A stretch of 64,000 nt of DNA, taken from the IMG/VR virus record IMGVR_UViG_3300043446_005562, positions 1 to 64,000 of that record; one strand, 5' to 3'. Each line of letters starts with the position of its first letter. The first letter of the stretch is position 1. This document shows, piece after piece, positions 26,374 through 35,523 of the stretch. Under the pieces are notes generated by a model. It saw nothing but the letters and a program-made list of their open reading frames with translations. It did not search any database and had not been told where the DNA came from. The position numbers and the translations under genes were made by a program.

Positions 26374-27288
26374 ATGAAATATTTAATAGAATATCGGCTA
26401 TTCGAATCAGCTGAGGCAATTCTTAAAGCCACTGCCGGTTTTGGCACTGATGAAGAGGCCCTAGTCAAAGCAATCATTGAAATTCAATCGGCTGACGAGC
26501 TTGCAAAAATTGACGCTGAACTTGCTGCAAACGGTTCGGCTGAATACAAAAGCGTGAAGGCGGCAGTTGATGGAGAGCTTGGAATATTCGATAGAGTTTA
26601 CAAGCAAATGATCTCTAAAAAATTTGAAGAGCTTGGACTAACTAGCTATTTGAAAGACGGAATAATTCCGGCGCAGGTTAAAAAATCTCAAGCTGAACCG
26701 GTTAAGAGCCAGTCGACCACCTCTGGTGAAACTAAAAAGCTTTCACAAGGTAAAGTTTCAATCAATTCAAATAAGAGTGCTCCCCTAATCGTTGTATTTG
26801 GAGGAATTGATGTTGGTGGTCGAACCAGCGGAGACTACATGTACGATTATTTCAAAGAGGATACTCTTGGCAAAACCACAACATTTGTTGCAAATTCTTC
26901 AAGGATAGATGGAGTTAAGGCATGGGACGAGATTTCTCAATTGGGTCTCTCGCCATCTAAAAAGATTCTTTACCTGTTCTCAGGTGGATATTTACCAGGT
27001 ATGAGTCTTTTGGCCAAGGTGCCCGCTGAGAATTGGGATAAAATTTATCTAGTTGATATCTGGATCGGTAACAATCAAAATACGCAAAAGATCTATACTG
27101 AACTTGCCGAAGCTCATCCCGATAAAGTCAAATACTATTACACAGGTGGAGAGAATGGAGCCGGCGGCTCAAATAATTTAACAGCTAAAAAAGAGATAAT
27201 TGCTGCAGTAAAAGATTCAAAGGCTGCAAGCTCTCACATGGGTGCAAATGATATTGCGGTAACTGATCTTAAATCTGATATTGCCTAA
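26374..27288 (+). CDS. annexin-like repeat fused to alpha/beta-hydrolase-like domain
   Basis: AILKATAGFGTDEEALVKAII...DGELG; LIVVFGG, YLFSGG, LVD, H; start moved to ATG 26374. Confidence 0.7.
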   Translation: MKYLIEYRLFESAEAILKATAGFGTDEEALVKAIIEIQSADELAKIDAELAANGSAEYKSVKAAVDGELGIFDRVYKQMISKKFEELGLTSYLKDGIIPAQVKKSQAEPVKSQSTTSGETKKLSQGKVSINSNKSAPLIVVFGGIDVGGRTSGDYMYDYFKEDTLGKTTTFVANSSRIDGVKAWDEISQLGLSPSKKILYLFSGGYLPGMSLLAKVPAENWDKIYLVDIWIGNNQNTQKIYTELAEAHPDKVKYYYTGGENGAGGSNNLTAKKEIIAAVKDSKAASSHMGANDIAVTDLKSDIA

Positions 27289-27929
27289 ACTTCTTTACCG
27301 GATTTATCTGATCCAAATTTGGATAGAAAAATATCAGCAGTTGTTTCAAGAACTTTATTGAAGGCTGTGTCCTTTGCTGCTCTAATCTCCTTAAAGTAGT
27401 CAACAAATCCTACCATATCGCTAATTCGATAAGTGTTCATCTTAACTCGATCAGACGAATTTCCATCGATTGAGTTGAAAGTTCCGTTGGAGTTGACCTT
27501 TAGTACAATACCGGTATGACCCTTGCCTGAAGAAATTCCACCCCTTGATTTGATGAAAATTTGACCTGGTTGAACTTGTGATGGATCAAACTTTGAAGAG
27601 TTCACGGTGATTTTGTTTTCGGGGTCAGCCTGTGACCAGTGAACCATGACCCCAGCCGTCTTGGGTAGAGGATTTGATATTCCAAGATTTGAACAAAGCT
27701 CATCAAATACTGAGTAGACAAATGCCATACACCAGGGATTACCTACGCCTAAGCCCAATTTACCAAGAAATTTCTTGACCATTGGCCCGGCATTATTACC
27801 TTCTTCTTTTTTACCAACATAGTCAGCAAGCACATGGCCGAATGTTTCTGCAGCCTTGGTAGCGCTATCTGGTTGTATTGCCAAGTCGGATTCGTTTAGG
27901 AATCCTTTAAAATCCTTGATGAATTTCAT
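27285..27929 (-). CDS. CHAP-domain amidase/peptidase
   Basis: GNPWCMAFV, GHTGIV, SIDGNS; MKFIKDFKGFLNE leader. Confidence 0.88.
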   Translation of the reverse strand: MKFIKDFKGFLNESDLAIQPDSATKAAETFGHVLADYVGKKEEGNNAGPMVKKFLGKLGLGVGNPWCMAFVYSVFDELCSNLGISNPLPKTAGVMVHWSQADPENKITVNSSKFDPSQVQPGQIFIKSRGGISSGKGHTGIVLKVNSNGTFNSIDGNSSDRVKMNTYRISDMVGFVDYFKEIRAAKDTAFNKVLETTADIFLSKFGSDKSGKEV

Positions 27930-27953
27930 AACCCAATTAACTCTTTTGGTTAT

Positions 27954-28181
27954 TTATTCTGGCCTTATCTCCAGGTCTCGATAGAACTGAAGACCAATGT
28001 CCCAAATCAAAAATCCAAACCCGATTACAAATAGATCAGTATGAACCCCCTGTTCAATGAACCAGCCATAGGGATTATGGCAAATTGTCAAGCTTGGAAT
28101 TGGTGTGACCTGTTTAAATTCTCCTTTTTTCCAAGTTTTGTGACAGTACGGTTTTACTACTAGTTTCATTCTTGCATTCAT
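27954..28181 (-). CDS. hypothetical protein (75 aa)
   Basis: ATG, coupled to thyA. Confidence 0.6.
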   Translation of the reverse strand: MNARMKLVVKPYCHKTWKKGEFKQVTPIPSLTICHNPYGWFIEQGVHTDLFVIGFGFLIWDIGLQFYRDLEIRPE

Positions 28182-28183
28182 AA

Positions 28184-29389
28184 TTAATTACTTAGTGGGG
28201 CTTTAATTGTTGGGTGTGATTGATAATCTCTAATCTCAAAATCAGATATCTCAATATGTTCTATTTGTTCAATTAAACCAACATCAGGGTTCCAAAACTC
28301 ATCGTTAATAACTAATTTCGGTAACTTGAAAGGCTCTCTGGTTCTATACGGTATTTTATAACTAGCGTAGTACTCAGATAGCCCTCCGCCAAATGGCATT
28401 AGCTCGCTAACTGCAGTCGAATACGCATCTTCGCCCATTGCTTCCTTTAACAATTGGGCTCTTTCGTCAGGTGAATAGTATCTTCCTAACTGTTCTTCTA
28501 CTGCGTCTGCGTGGTTCAAATAGAGATGAGTGTCTCCAAGATTGCCAATCAATTGATCAGGAACCATATTAACTGCTTTGGCAATGATTTCAAGTAGTAA
28601 ACCATAAGAAGCAATGTTAAATGGTAAACCTAAGAATGTATCTACTGAACGTTGATTCCACATTAAAGAGATTGCTCTGGTTGGGATATTAAGTTTATCA
28701 CACTCTTTCATAAATTCTTTCATTTTAGTCTTTCCATCTCCGTAGTCTAAAAAGAAAAGAGGCCTATTAGTTAATTCAACTAATTTAACATACCTTTCAT
28801 TTTCACTCAACTCTCTTGTATAAACTTGAAATCCATAATGACAAGGTGGGAGTACCATTTGGTCTAATTCACCTACATTCCAAGCTGAAACCATTAGTCG
28901 TCTTGAGTCTGGATTTGTTTTAAGGTCGTTGATTAGGTTTTGGATTTGGTCTATTGGGTTGGTTAAATAATCTGATGGGTAAGTTGACCAACTTCTCCAT
29001 TGCTTACCATAAATTGGTCCTAGATCACCCCATTCCTCAGCAAACGCTTTATCCATTTTAATCCATTGGATAAATTCTGCTTGTGGCATTCCTTTATAAT
29101 CTGCATTTTGTAGGTAATTCTTATAAGCATCACCATTCCAAATATTACAACCATTATCAACTAAATACTTGATATTAGTATCACCTCTTAAGAACCATAG
29201 TAGCTCAATTACGATTGACTTCCAGTGCATTTTCTTTGTTGTAAGCAAAGGAAACCCATCTTTCATGTTGTGACGGATCGTATATCCAAATATTGACCGT
29301 GTGCCGGTTCCTGTGCGATCCTTTTTTACCACTCCATACTCATTAATTGCATGAAGTAGGTCAATGTACTGCTTATCGAGAGTGTTCAT
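28184..29389 (-). CDS. thyA: thymidylate synthase with two insertions
   Basis: DRTGTGT, FPLLTTK, ELLWFLRG, LGPIYGKQW, LPPCH, QRSVD..LGLPFNIASY. Confidence 0.97.
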   Translation of the reverse strand: MNTLDKQYIDLLHAINEYGVVKKDRTGTGTRSIFGYTIRHNMKDGFPLLTTKKMHWKSIVIELLWFLRGDTNIKYLVDNGCNIWNGDAYKNYLQNADYKGMPQAEFIQWIKMDKAFAEEWGDLGPIYGKQWRSWSTYPSDYLTNPIDQIQNLINDLKTNPDSRRLMVSAWNVGELDQMVLPPCHYGFQVYTRELSENERYVKLVELTNRPLFFLDYGDGKTKMKEFMKECDKLNIPTRAISLMWNQRSVDTFLGLPFNIASYGLLLEIIAKAVNMVPDQLIGNLGDTHLYLNHADAVEEQLGRYYSPDERAQLLKEAMGEDAYSTAVSELMPFGGGLSEYYASYKIPYRTREPFKLPKLVINDEFWNPDVGLIEQIEHIEISDFEIRDYQSHPTIKAPLSN

Positions 29390-29531
29390 TTATTAAACTT
29401 TTTAATCTTTTTATTTCTTCAATTACATCATCGCCAAGTTCAATCTTTGACATCAGCGTTAGGTCAACGATTTGTCCTTCGTAAATGTTGATAAGTTCTT
29501 GTTGAACTTTTATTAAGTCAGAGTCATTCAT
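29373..29531 (-). CDS. hypothetical protein (52 aa, not in ORF track)
   Basis: MNDSDLIKVQQELINIYEGQIVDLTLMSKIELGDDVIEEIKRLKSLINEHSR fills gap with overlaps. Confidence 0.6.
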   Translation of the reverse strand: MNDSDLIKVQQELINIYEGQIVDLTLMSKIELGDDVIEEIKRLKSLINEHSR

Positions 29532-29904
29532 CTTCGTTTATTTTGTTTAATAATTGATTGTCCGTTATTGCTCCAGCCGTCATTAGCAATTTAAGTAGAG
29601 CTTCTAGATCCGTAAAGTGCAAGCTTATTTGATCCTTACTATGGGATCGCTCAATCGTAATGTCCCAACCTTCGCCGTTGGCCCATTCGGTAACCTCGTA
29701 GAAATCACCTTTTTTACTCCAAGTATCATCTGTGTTTACGCATAGAGCCCATGACTTTCTCTGATTATTTTCAATTTTGTATTCTCCCAAAAATGAAGGT
29801 TTGAAATTATCGCAAATCGGATCATTGCTGGTCTTTAAATGATCGGCCTCGCGCTGAAGCCTTTCAATTTCTTTAGATATTTGTGTTAGTCTGTCCATCT
29901 TCAT
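29524..29904 (-). CDS. hypothetical protein (126 aa)
   Basis: FYEVTEWANGEGWDITI motif; tight packing. Confidence 0.75.
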   Translation of the reverse strand: MKMDRLTQISKEIERLQREADHLKTSNDPICDNFKPSFLGEYKIENNQRKSWALCVNTDDTWSKKGDFYEVTEWANGEGWDITIERSHSKDQISLHFTDLEALLKLLMTAGAITDNQLLNKINEDE

Positions 29905-30106
29905 TATATTTTACGTAAAATTCTCGATTTGGGTCGCATGATCCATCTATTGAGTACCAATCCTTTTCAATAGCTGATTTGATCCATTGCGCATCGCGTT
30001 CAGTCTCAGCATAGGCAATCGTCCCAGTCTGTGATCTCTCGCCGCTATCCGGATCAATGTCAACAAATATTACTTTCCAGTTTAAATTATTCATTTTATG
30101 AGTCAT
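29873..30106 (-). CDS. hypothetical protein (77 aa)
   Basis: ATGA overlap with upstream ORF. Confidence 0.65.
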   Translation of the reverse strand: MTHKMNNLNWKVIFVDIDPDSGERSQTGTIAYAETERDAQWIKSAIEKDWYSIDGSCDPNREFYVKYNEDGQTNTNI

Positions 30107-30246
30107 GGCGTTTTATCGTGAATGATGTGTTGATTGAACCATTTTGAAAATCCCCAGTTAGGAAATTTTCTTTTGCAGAATTCGCCAAATGCCATAAACG
30201 AATAGGCAATGACTGCTGCTGAAAAATAGGTAATTAAGGCTTTCAT
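30103..30246 (-). CDS. small membrane protein (47 aa, not in ORF track)
   Basis: MKALITYFSAAVIAYSFMAFGEFCKRKFPNWGFSKWFNQHIIHDKTP. Confidence 0.55.
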   Translation of the reverse strand: MKALITYFSAAVIAYSFMAFGEFCKRKFPNWGFSKWFNQHIIHDKTP

Positions 30247-30249
30247 TTT

Positions 30250-30609
30250 TTAAAATTTAATTTCCCTGAATGAACCTGAGTCAGACCAAAATTCAAATGT
30301 GTCGCCTGCTTTGGGTTGAGGCCTGTCGTATTCAGCTCGGGCTTTTGCTAATTTCAAATCAATTGCAGCTTTATCAAATTGCAATTTTAAATTCTTCCAT
30401 TCCGAATCTAGCGATTCTAGCACCGAATCTGTAAAGTTTTTGCTCAAGCCGCTGGGCTCTATCAAAATCCACTTATTTGAGTTTATGACGCTCCATTTGG
30501 TTGATGTAGTCACACCATACAAAAAGAGTAATCTGGACTCTTCAATTTCGTGATGTTCTTTAATTAGATGGTTGAACACCAGATTCCCCAAGTCTATCAA
30601 GTCCTTCAT
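30250..30609 (-). CDS. hypothetical protein (119 aa)
   Basis: Start set at ATG 30609. Confidence 0.65.
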   Translation of the reverse strand: MKDLIDLGNLVFNHLIKEHHEIEESRLLFLYGVTTSTKWSVINSNKWILIEPSGLSKNFTDSVLESLDSEWKNLKLQFDKAAIDLKLAKARAEYDRPQPKAGDTFEFWSDSGSFREIKF

Positions 30610-31201
30610 TGTGTTTTTGTATTGTTTGTTTAACCCATTCAAAATTAACCGGTGTGTAATCTGTTAAGCACGCGCATACCGAATAGGCATTCTTGATTGG
30701 GTGCAAAACTTGATGTGAGTGGCCATATAGGTGGTATGATCCGTGAAATTTGCCGTTAAACTCCAAGATTGGATAGTGAAACAACACAACTCGACGGAAT
30801 CCTATTTTCTGTTCAGGATCAGGAAAGAAAATCTCTTCGTAATCTTTGAACTCTACGATCTTTGCAACTTCACTTAGTTCCCTGAACCAGTGAGAGTCAA
30901 TATGAGTATCGTGGTTGCCCTTTAGCCAAACGATATTTCCTTTTAATTGGCTGAATATCCATTTAAGGTAACTTAATTTTATTCGATGCATTGAGGCATC
31001 CCCCAGGAAAAAAACAGTATCATCCTCTTGCACAACTGAATTCCAGCGAGAAATTATCTCATTATCATGTTCTTCAATTGATTGGAAATTATGAAAGCCT
31101 TCTTCAAAACGCAGCACGTTATTGTGATCGAAATGCGGATCACTTATGAACCAGGTTTTTGCTGGATCGTAAATTTTGTTTTGTGGAATTTGAACACTCA
31201 C
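30560..31201 (-). CDS. calcineurin-like metallophosphoesterase
   Basis: FISDPHFDH, FFLGD, KGNHD, LFHYP, GHSH; GTG start. Confidence 0.92.
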   Translation of the reverse strand: MSVQIPQNKIYDPAKTWFISDPHFDHNNVLRFEEGFHNFQSIEEHDNEIISRWNSVVQEDDTVFFLGDASMHRIKLSYLKWIFSQLKGNIVWLKGNHDTHIDSHWFRELSEVAKIVEFKDYEEIFFPDPEQKIGFRRVVLFHYPILEFNGKFHGSYHLYGHSHQVLHPIKNAYSVCACLTDYTPVNFEWVKQTIQKHNEGLDRLGESGVQPSN

Positions 31202-32265
31202 GTTAGTAATTTTGTACTAACATACCCAAAAGCGGTTTCAGCGTCACTCATTACTTTGGATCTTTGTTGAAAGGCTAGATCAGTTTGGGCTTTATCGTAT
31301 TTGGAAGAAGACGTGTGTTTGTCTATTTTCGTCTTGTATATTTTAACCACTTCCTGTAAGAATTCGGTTGAGTTACGATATTTTGACCTAGCTAGATCGA
31401 ATGTTCCGTTCTGCTCCAAGGTTCTGGCAAATCCCAAGATTCCATTACAAATCTGTTCAAGACTTAAGCTGGTCACGTCAATGCCGGGGTGCTGTTCGAG
31501 ATATTGATCGAGCTGTACTGCCTTCTTCTCACCACGAGTAAATTCATCCGTGAATTCCGCAAGTTGAGCCAGAAATCGGTTGAAATCCCGAGTAACAACA
31601 CGCTCCTCAACGTCTTTACGAAATGCCGGGCTTACAAGTTCGCCGGCTTTTATTTTTGCTACGACTCCGCGGTCGGTCACTGAAACGCCCAGCGCATTAC
31701 CGAATGCCTGATACAGAAATCCTACCACGAAACCTTTAATACCTCTAATTGGCGTATAACGAGCCTTTGCCCAATCCGCCGAGTAGGTGAACGTTGGAAT
31801 GACGTCGACCTGCACCGGCCCAGTTTTTAAATTTATGACCAATTTGAGATTGCCTTCAGAGATGGCATCAGTTTCTTCTTTGTCTAGGTCCGGGCGATTG
31901 GCCTCGGCTGCCCACTGTAAAAAAAGACTATTGTACTTTTTAAGAGTATCGATCTCAACTCGACGACCCTGTGGCTCGTCAAGCGGATACATTACCAAAA
32001 TATCAACATCACCATAAGTTTTTTCAGGAGCCTCCTCAAGGTCCTTTTTGAAATAGACACCAGATCCGCCTGGACCAATCACCTTGACTGGTGCAAATCC
32101 GTGTGCTGAGCTCCAACGATTGAATTCTGCAAAAATTGACTCAAGGGTCTCTATTGCCTCCTGTAAAACAGCTGGCGTTATTTTAGTGCCCTGTGTCTTG
32201 GTTGTTGCCCAGCCTCCCATCTCATTGATATCGGTAAAATCAGTAAATGATTTAATGTTCTTCAA
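31198..32265 (-). CDS. DNA polymerase beta-superfamily nucleotidyltransferase
   Basis: GGSG...YGDVDILV (GS + DxD) and QVDVIP third Asp; MKNIKSFTDFTDINE leader; TTG start. Confidence 0.75.
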   Translation of the reverse strand: MKNIKSFTDFTDINEMGGWATTKTQGTKITPAVLQEAIETLESIFAEFNRWSSAHGFAPVKVIGPGGSGVYFKKDLEEAPEKTYGDVDILVMYPLDEPQGRRVEIDTLKKYNSLFLQWAAEANRPDLDKEETDAISEGNLKLVINLKTGPVQVDVIPTFTYSADWAKARYTPIRGIKGFVVGFLYQAFGNALGVSVTDRGVVAKIKAGELVSPAFRKDVEERVVTRDFNRFLAQLAEFTDEFTRGEKKAVQLDQYLEQHPGIDVTSLSLEQICNGILGFARTLEQNGTFDLARSKYRNSTEFLQEVVKIYKTKIDKHTSSSKYDKAQTDLAFQQRSKVMSDAETAFGYVSTKLLT

Positions 32266-32289
32266 AATTAAAAATCGTCTTTAGAGTAT

Positions 32290-33093
32290 TTATCGCTGAA
32301 CTTCAGGTACCCAATGCGTGGTCCGACCGTCCAATGTCTCTTCACGAATAACGGTATTTCCCTTGGAATCAAGCGGTTGAGCATACACTTCAAACTCAAA
32401 TACAAACTCTCCAAGGCCTCCGCCGACTCTTTGATAATTGCGAATGCTCGCTCCGCCCTGGTCGTATGAGGTCTGCATGATCTTTTTGATCCAGCCAAAG
32501 AGCACAGTCGACTCAACCGGGTCAATGTCCTTAACTAGCCGGTGGGGTGAAATTCCAGATCGATAGAGCACTTCGCACTTGATGTAATTGCCTATGCCTG
32601 CGCACACTCTCTGATCCATCAGCACCTCTGTAATGGTTTTGTTTGGGTACTTATTGATTCTCTGATTAAATTCAATAGGGGTGAAATCTGCATCATTCAG
32701 AGGATCTCGACCAAGGCTCTTAATCTTCTTATCGAGCTCAGCCCGGTCATGAGAAAATTTAATGGTGCCGAACCTACGCTGATCCACAAAATACAGGGCC
32801 CTGGAGTTCTCGATACCTATTCCAAAATGAGAATGCGTACCGCTTTCTTCTGACCAGTATCCGCTCATGCCCAAAGTTATCCACATGGTTGCACCAGTTT
32901 CAAACTCAAGCCACATGAACTTGCCACGAACTCCACCGTCTATTACCCGGCTCGGCAAAATCACCTGGTCCAGCCCAATTGGGCGCTTCTTGAGAAACCT
33001 GCCGCTAAATACCTGTAATTGGGTTACTCTGGATTCGCCGATCTCTTTTCTAAGATCCTCGTACACACGTCTGACTTCCGGTCCTTCTGGCAT
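32290..33093 (-). CDS. nei: Fpg/Nei DNA glycosylase/AP lyase, zincless-finger type
   Basis: N-terminal PEGPEV, RGKFMW, LGMSG, DQRRFG, H2TH GIGNY; no four-Cys finger; GRTTHW. Confidence 0.9.
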   Translation of the reverse strand: MPEGPEVRRVYEDLRKEIGESRVTQLQVFSGRFLKKRPIGLDQVILPSRVIDGGVRGKFMWLEFETGATMWITLGMSGYWSEESGTHSHFGIGIENSRALYFVDQRRFGTIKFSHDRAELDKKIKSLGRDPLNDADFTPIEFNQRINKYPNKTITEVLMDQRVCAGIGNYIKCEVLYRSGISPHRLVKDIDPVESTVLFGWIKKIMQTSYDQGGASIRNYQRVGGGLGEFVFEFEVYAQPLDSKGNTVIREETLDGRTTHWVPEVQR

Positions 33094-33130
33094 AAGATAA
33101 ATAATTTAAGAAAAAAATACCAAATACTAT

Positions 33131-33586
33131 ATGAAAAGGCATGTTCAAGGTTTTGAGTCATTTGAGAGAATCTATGAATACACTCTAAACGAGAAGAAAA
33201 AGATTGACCAAGACGGCGATGGTGATACTGACTTCGTTGATGCAAAAATTGCTCAATACACAAAGGGTGGTATCAAAAAGGACAAGGCAATCGCTAAGGC
33301 AAAAATGTTTGCAAAAAAGAACAATATCAAGGATTCAGCCAAGGCCGTAAAAGAGGGTTTCTGGAACAGATGGACCAAACCTACAGTCGACGATGCGGCT
33401 CACGATTCGCTACGTGGCCAGGGTCATAGTCACCGCGGCAAAGAGGATTCAGAGGAATACATCATGTTTGACGGCCAACGTTTTAGCCAAGATCAAATTG
33501 AATACGCAGATCTTCATGACACTGGCCGAATTCCAAGAATCGAAGGCGGCAAGCTGATCATTGCAAATCCTAACTGGAGTCTGTAA
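33131..33586 (+). CDS. putative head/core protein
   Basis: MKRHVQGFESFERIYE..LNE leader; DQDGDGDTDF Ca-loop-like motif; late promoter. Confidence 0.7.
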   Translation: MKRHVQGFESFERIYEYTLNEKKKIDQDGDGDTDFVDAKIAQYTKGGIKKDKAIAKAKMFAKKNNIKDSAKAVKEGFWNRWTKPTVDDAAHDSLRGQGHSHRGKEDSEEYIMFDGQRFSQDQIEYADLHDTGRIPRIEGGKLIIANPNWSL

Positions 33587-33589
33587 CCA

Positions 33590-34069
33590 ATGTTTAAATA
33601 TCTTTCCAATATACTATCAACAATAACGCCGGGGCAGCGCTTGATTGCGCTGTGCGTGCTCCTGCTCTCAATCGTAATCATTACGCTTGGCCCAAATTTA
33701 ATTGATGCAACGACTAAAGATACTGAAGAACTAACAACAAAAATTAATTTGCAAAGAGTTGAGATCAAGGACCTCTCCGACCAGATTAAAAAGTTGAATG
33801 ATCAACTGGTTTCAAACGAGAGCGAGTGCACCAATCGCTTGATTGACAAAGAGCGCCGAATTTTGACCGTGATAGACGAACTAGAAAGGGATCTTGCGCC
33901 GAAGCCAACCGTTAGACATCAGGCGAACTATCGTATGATTCAGGATTCAACTATGGCCATGATGATGCCTCCTCCACCAGAGCAGGCACAGCCCCAAGAT
34001 AATTCTAGGGCAATCAAGAAGTTGAAAAACCTCAAGCTTGATTTGATTAAAGACGTAAAGAAGCCTTAA
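33590..34069 (+). CDS. membrane-anchored coiled-coil protein, possible spanin-like
   Basis: N-terminal TM helix followed by long coiled coil. Confidence 0.65.
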   Translation: MFKYLSNILSTITPGQRLIALCVLLLSIVIITLGPNLIDATTKDTEELTTKINLQRVEIKDLSDQIKKLNDQLVSNESECTNRLIDKERRILTVIDELERDLAPKPTVRHQANYRMIQDSTMAMMMPPPPEQAQPQDNSRAIKKLKNLKLDLIKDVKKP

Positions 34070-34118
34070 AACTGGTTTAGTTTCTTAAGTAGAATAGGCT
34101 AAATCAAAACTTAAAAAC

Positions 34119-34316
34119 ATGTATTATTTAGCAAAATTACGCTTTGAGTCAGAGGACGACAACGGCAAAACCAAAAAGATTAGAGAACAGTACTTGGTAC
34201 AGGCATCTTCGGTAGGAGAAGCTGAGCAAAAGCTAATGGATCGATTTGGTCAAGGCATTTCGCCTTGCCAGTTAGAAGCAGTTCAAGAATCAAAAATCTT
34301 AGGCCTTATTGACTAA
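34119..34316 (+). CDS. DUF4494-like protein (Bacteroidota-type)
   Basis: YYLAKLRFE...GKTKKIREQYLVQASSVGEAE. Confidence 0.75.
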   Translation: MYYLAKLRFESEDDNGKTKKIREQYLVQASSVGEAEQKLMDRFGQGISPCQLEAVQESKILGLID

Positions 34317-34331
34317 AAGTTGACCGAGACT

Positions 34332-34364
34332 AAAAAAGAAAAGGAGCTTAGCGCTCCTTTTTTT
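34332..34364. terminator. bidirectional terminator
   Basis: AAAAGGAGC/GCTCCTTTT between convergent genes. Confidence 0.75.
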
Positions 34365-34584
34365 ATGTGAAATAGATTGGAAATTTCTCGACTAGACTCT
34401 TGAGTATAATTGAATCCTTTTCGCCTTTACTGAACATATCGTGTGCGTGTTCAAACATTTGAATGCTGGTTTCGTTACCTATGATTGCATCAATTTTTCG
34501 ATTGACAACTGCTGATGCACCGTTTTTTAATATCGATTGGGCCAGATCAGTTGGTTCAGGAATATAGTACTTGTTGAAACTCAT
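34363..34584 (-). CDS. hypothetical protein (73 aa)
   Basis: MSFNKYYIPE; AGTATAAT upstream. Confidence 0.75.
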   Translation of the reverse strand: MSFNKYYIPEPTDLAQSILKNGASAVVNRKIDAIIGNETSIQMFEHAHDMFSKGEKDSIILKSLVEKFPIYFT

Positions 34585-34607
34585 AATAATATTATACTTT
34601 ACTAAAC

Positions 34608-34639
34608 AAAAAAAGGTTAGCTTTTTAGGGCTAACCTTT
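34608..34639 (-). terminator. intrinsic terminator closing the putative ncRNA
   Basis: AAAGGTTAGC/GCTAACCTTT 10-bp stem plus T-run on minus strand. Confidence 0.8.
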
Positions 34640-35020
34640 GGTATCGTGGGGAAAACGTATGGAAGGATTAGGGTTCACCTTCAATTTGATGCTAAGCTTG
34701 CGTGTTTAAGCGACAACCTTCATACCCTCCTGTCAGAGGCGACTCAAAGCAAGTTGGATCCGCTTGAATCACTATCGTGTTTACCACAACAGTATGAGTG
34801 CTTTATCCCACCTAGCGAAGGATTATTCAGCCATTTAACGGGATTCTTGTATACCCGTATGCCGATCGCAAAATACCATTATATGTATATCAAAACCATA
34901 GATTCCAGTGGTTAGCTGGTTCAAGTTGACCGTTTGGTCTGCCGTTTACAGTCGGCCCTTGCGGAGCATCCTCCTAATCTACACCATTACCTGTTTTGCA
35001 AGCAGGTTGTTCTGGCACAT
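34640..35020 (-). ncRNA. candidate large structured non-coding RNA (~380 nt), family unknown
   Basis: No credible ORF; at least 10 hairpins and long-range helices seen by eye; ends at a strong terminator. Confidence 0.55.
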
Positions 35021-35022
35021 AC

Positions 35023-35301
35023 TCAGCTGAAGCTCATGACTTCTTCAACTGTTTCCCCTCGTAATTTTAAAGAACTTATGTTACTATTATACCAATACAA
35101 TTGAGAAGGTTTTGGTACAAATCCACTTTTTTTCAAAAATTTTTCAAATGAATCGTAAGGATAGTTTACTGTTGTAGAGCTGTCAACCTTTGCAATCTTG
35201 ATATAGGTTGACATTAACGGCGTCAAAAAAAATCCAGCAACCCTGTGCTCGATTCCGTCTTTTATTAAAATAAGTTCTTCTAATTGTACAGAATCTTGCA
35301 T
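35023..35301 (-). CDS. hypothetical protein (92 aa)
   Basis: ATG, tight packing. Confidence 0.7.
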   Translation of the reverse strand: MQDSVQLEELILIKDGIEHRVAGFFLTPLMSTYIKIAKVDSSTTVNYPYDSFEKFLKKSGFVPKPSQLYWYNSNISSLKLRGETVEEVMSFS

Positions 35302-35304
35302 CTT

Positions 35305-35523
35305 TTACTGTTTTTTATAACGCCAACGAAAGAAGATAGAGAGTCCAAAGAAAAATGCCGCTATAAAATACAACACGACATTCGCTCGCAACAAACTCCC
35401 AGTTACTTGGATTAGCCAGTACTGGACCACGTCGAACCCGAACGGATTGAAGAACAGCGCTATCATCATGCACCAAGTCGCTAGGTTGCCCAGCAAAATT
35501 TTTCTCCAAGTATCTACTATCAC
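35305..35523 (-). CDS. membrane protein (72 aa)
   Basis: LATWCMMIALFFNPFGFD plus second TM helix; GTG start. Confidence 0.65.
   Translation of the reverse strand: MIVDTWRKILLGNLATWCMMIALFFNPFGFDVVQYWLIQVTGSLLRANVVLYFIAAFFFGLSIFFRWRYKKQ

Noticed and set aside
28184-29389. ThyA as a dCMP hydroxymethylase feeding the glycosyltransferase
   Set aside because: It keeps the dUMP-specifying Asn (PFNIASY) and canonical ThyA motifs.
34571-34915. Plus-strand 114-aa ORF from the track
   Set aside because: Non-ATG start, crosses a terminator hairpin, no recognisable motifs; the region is better explained as structured RNA.
34640-35020. Group I intron, tmRNA, RNase P or tRNA identity for the structured segment
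   Set aside because: No interrupted flanking gene, own terminator, no GAGGAAAGTCC, no T-arm GTTCGA with acceptor stem. A CGACT/AGTCG pairing and a CTGTAAA loop were noted but are insufficient.
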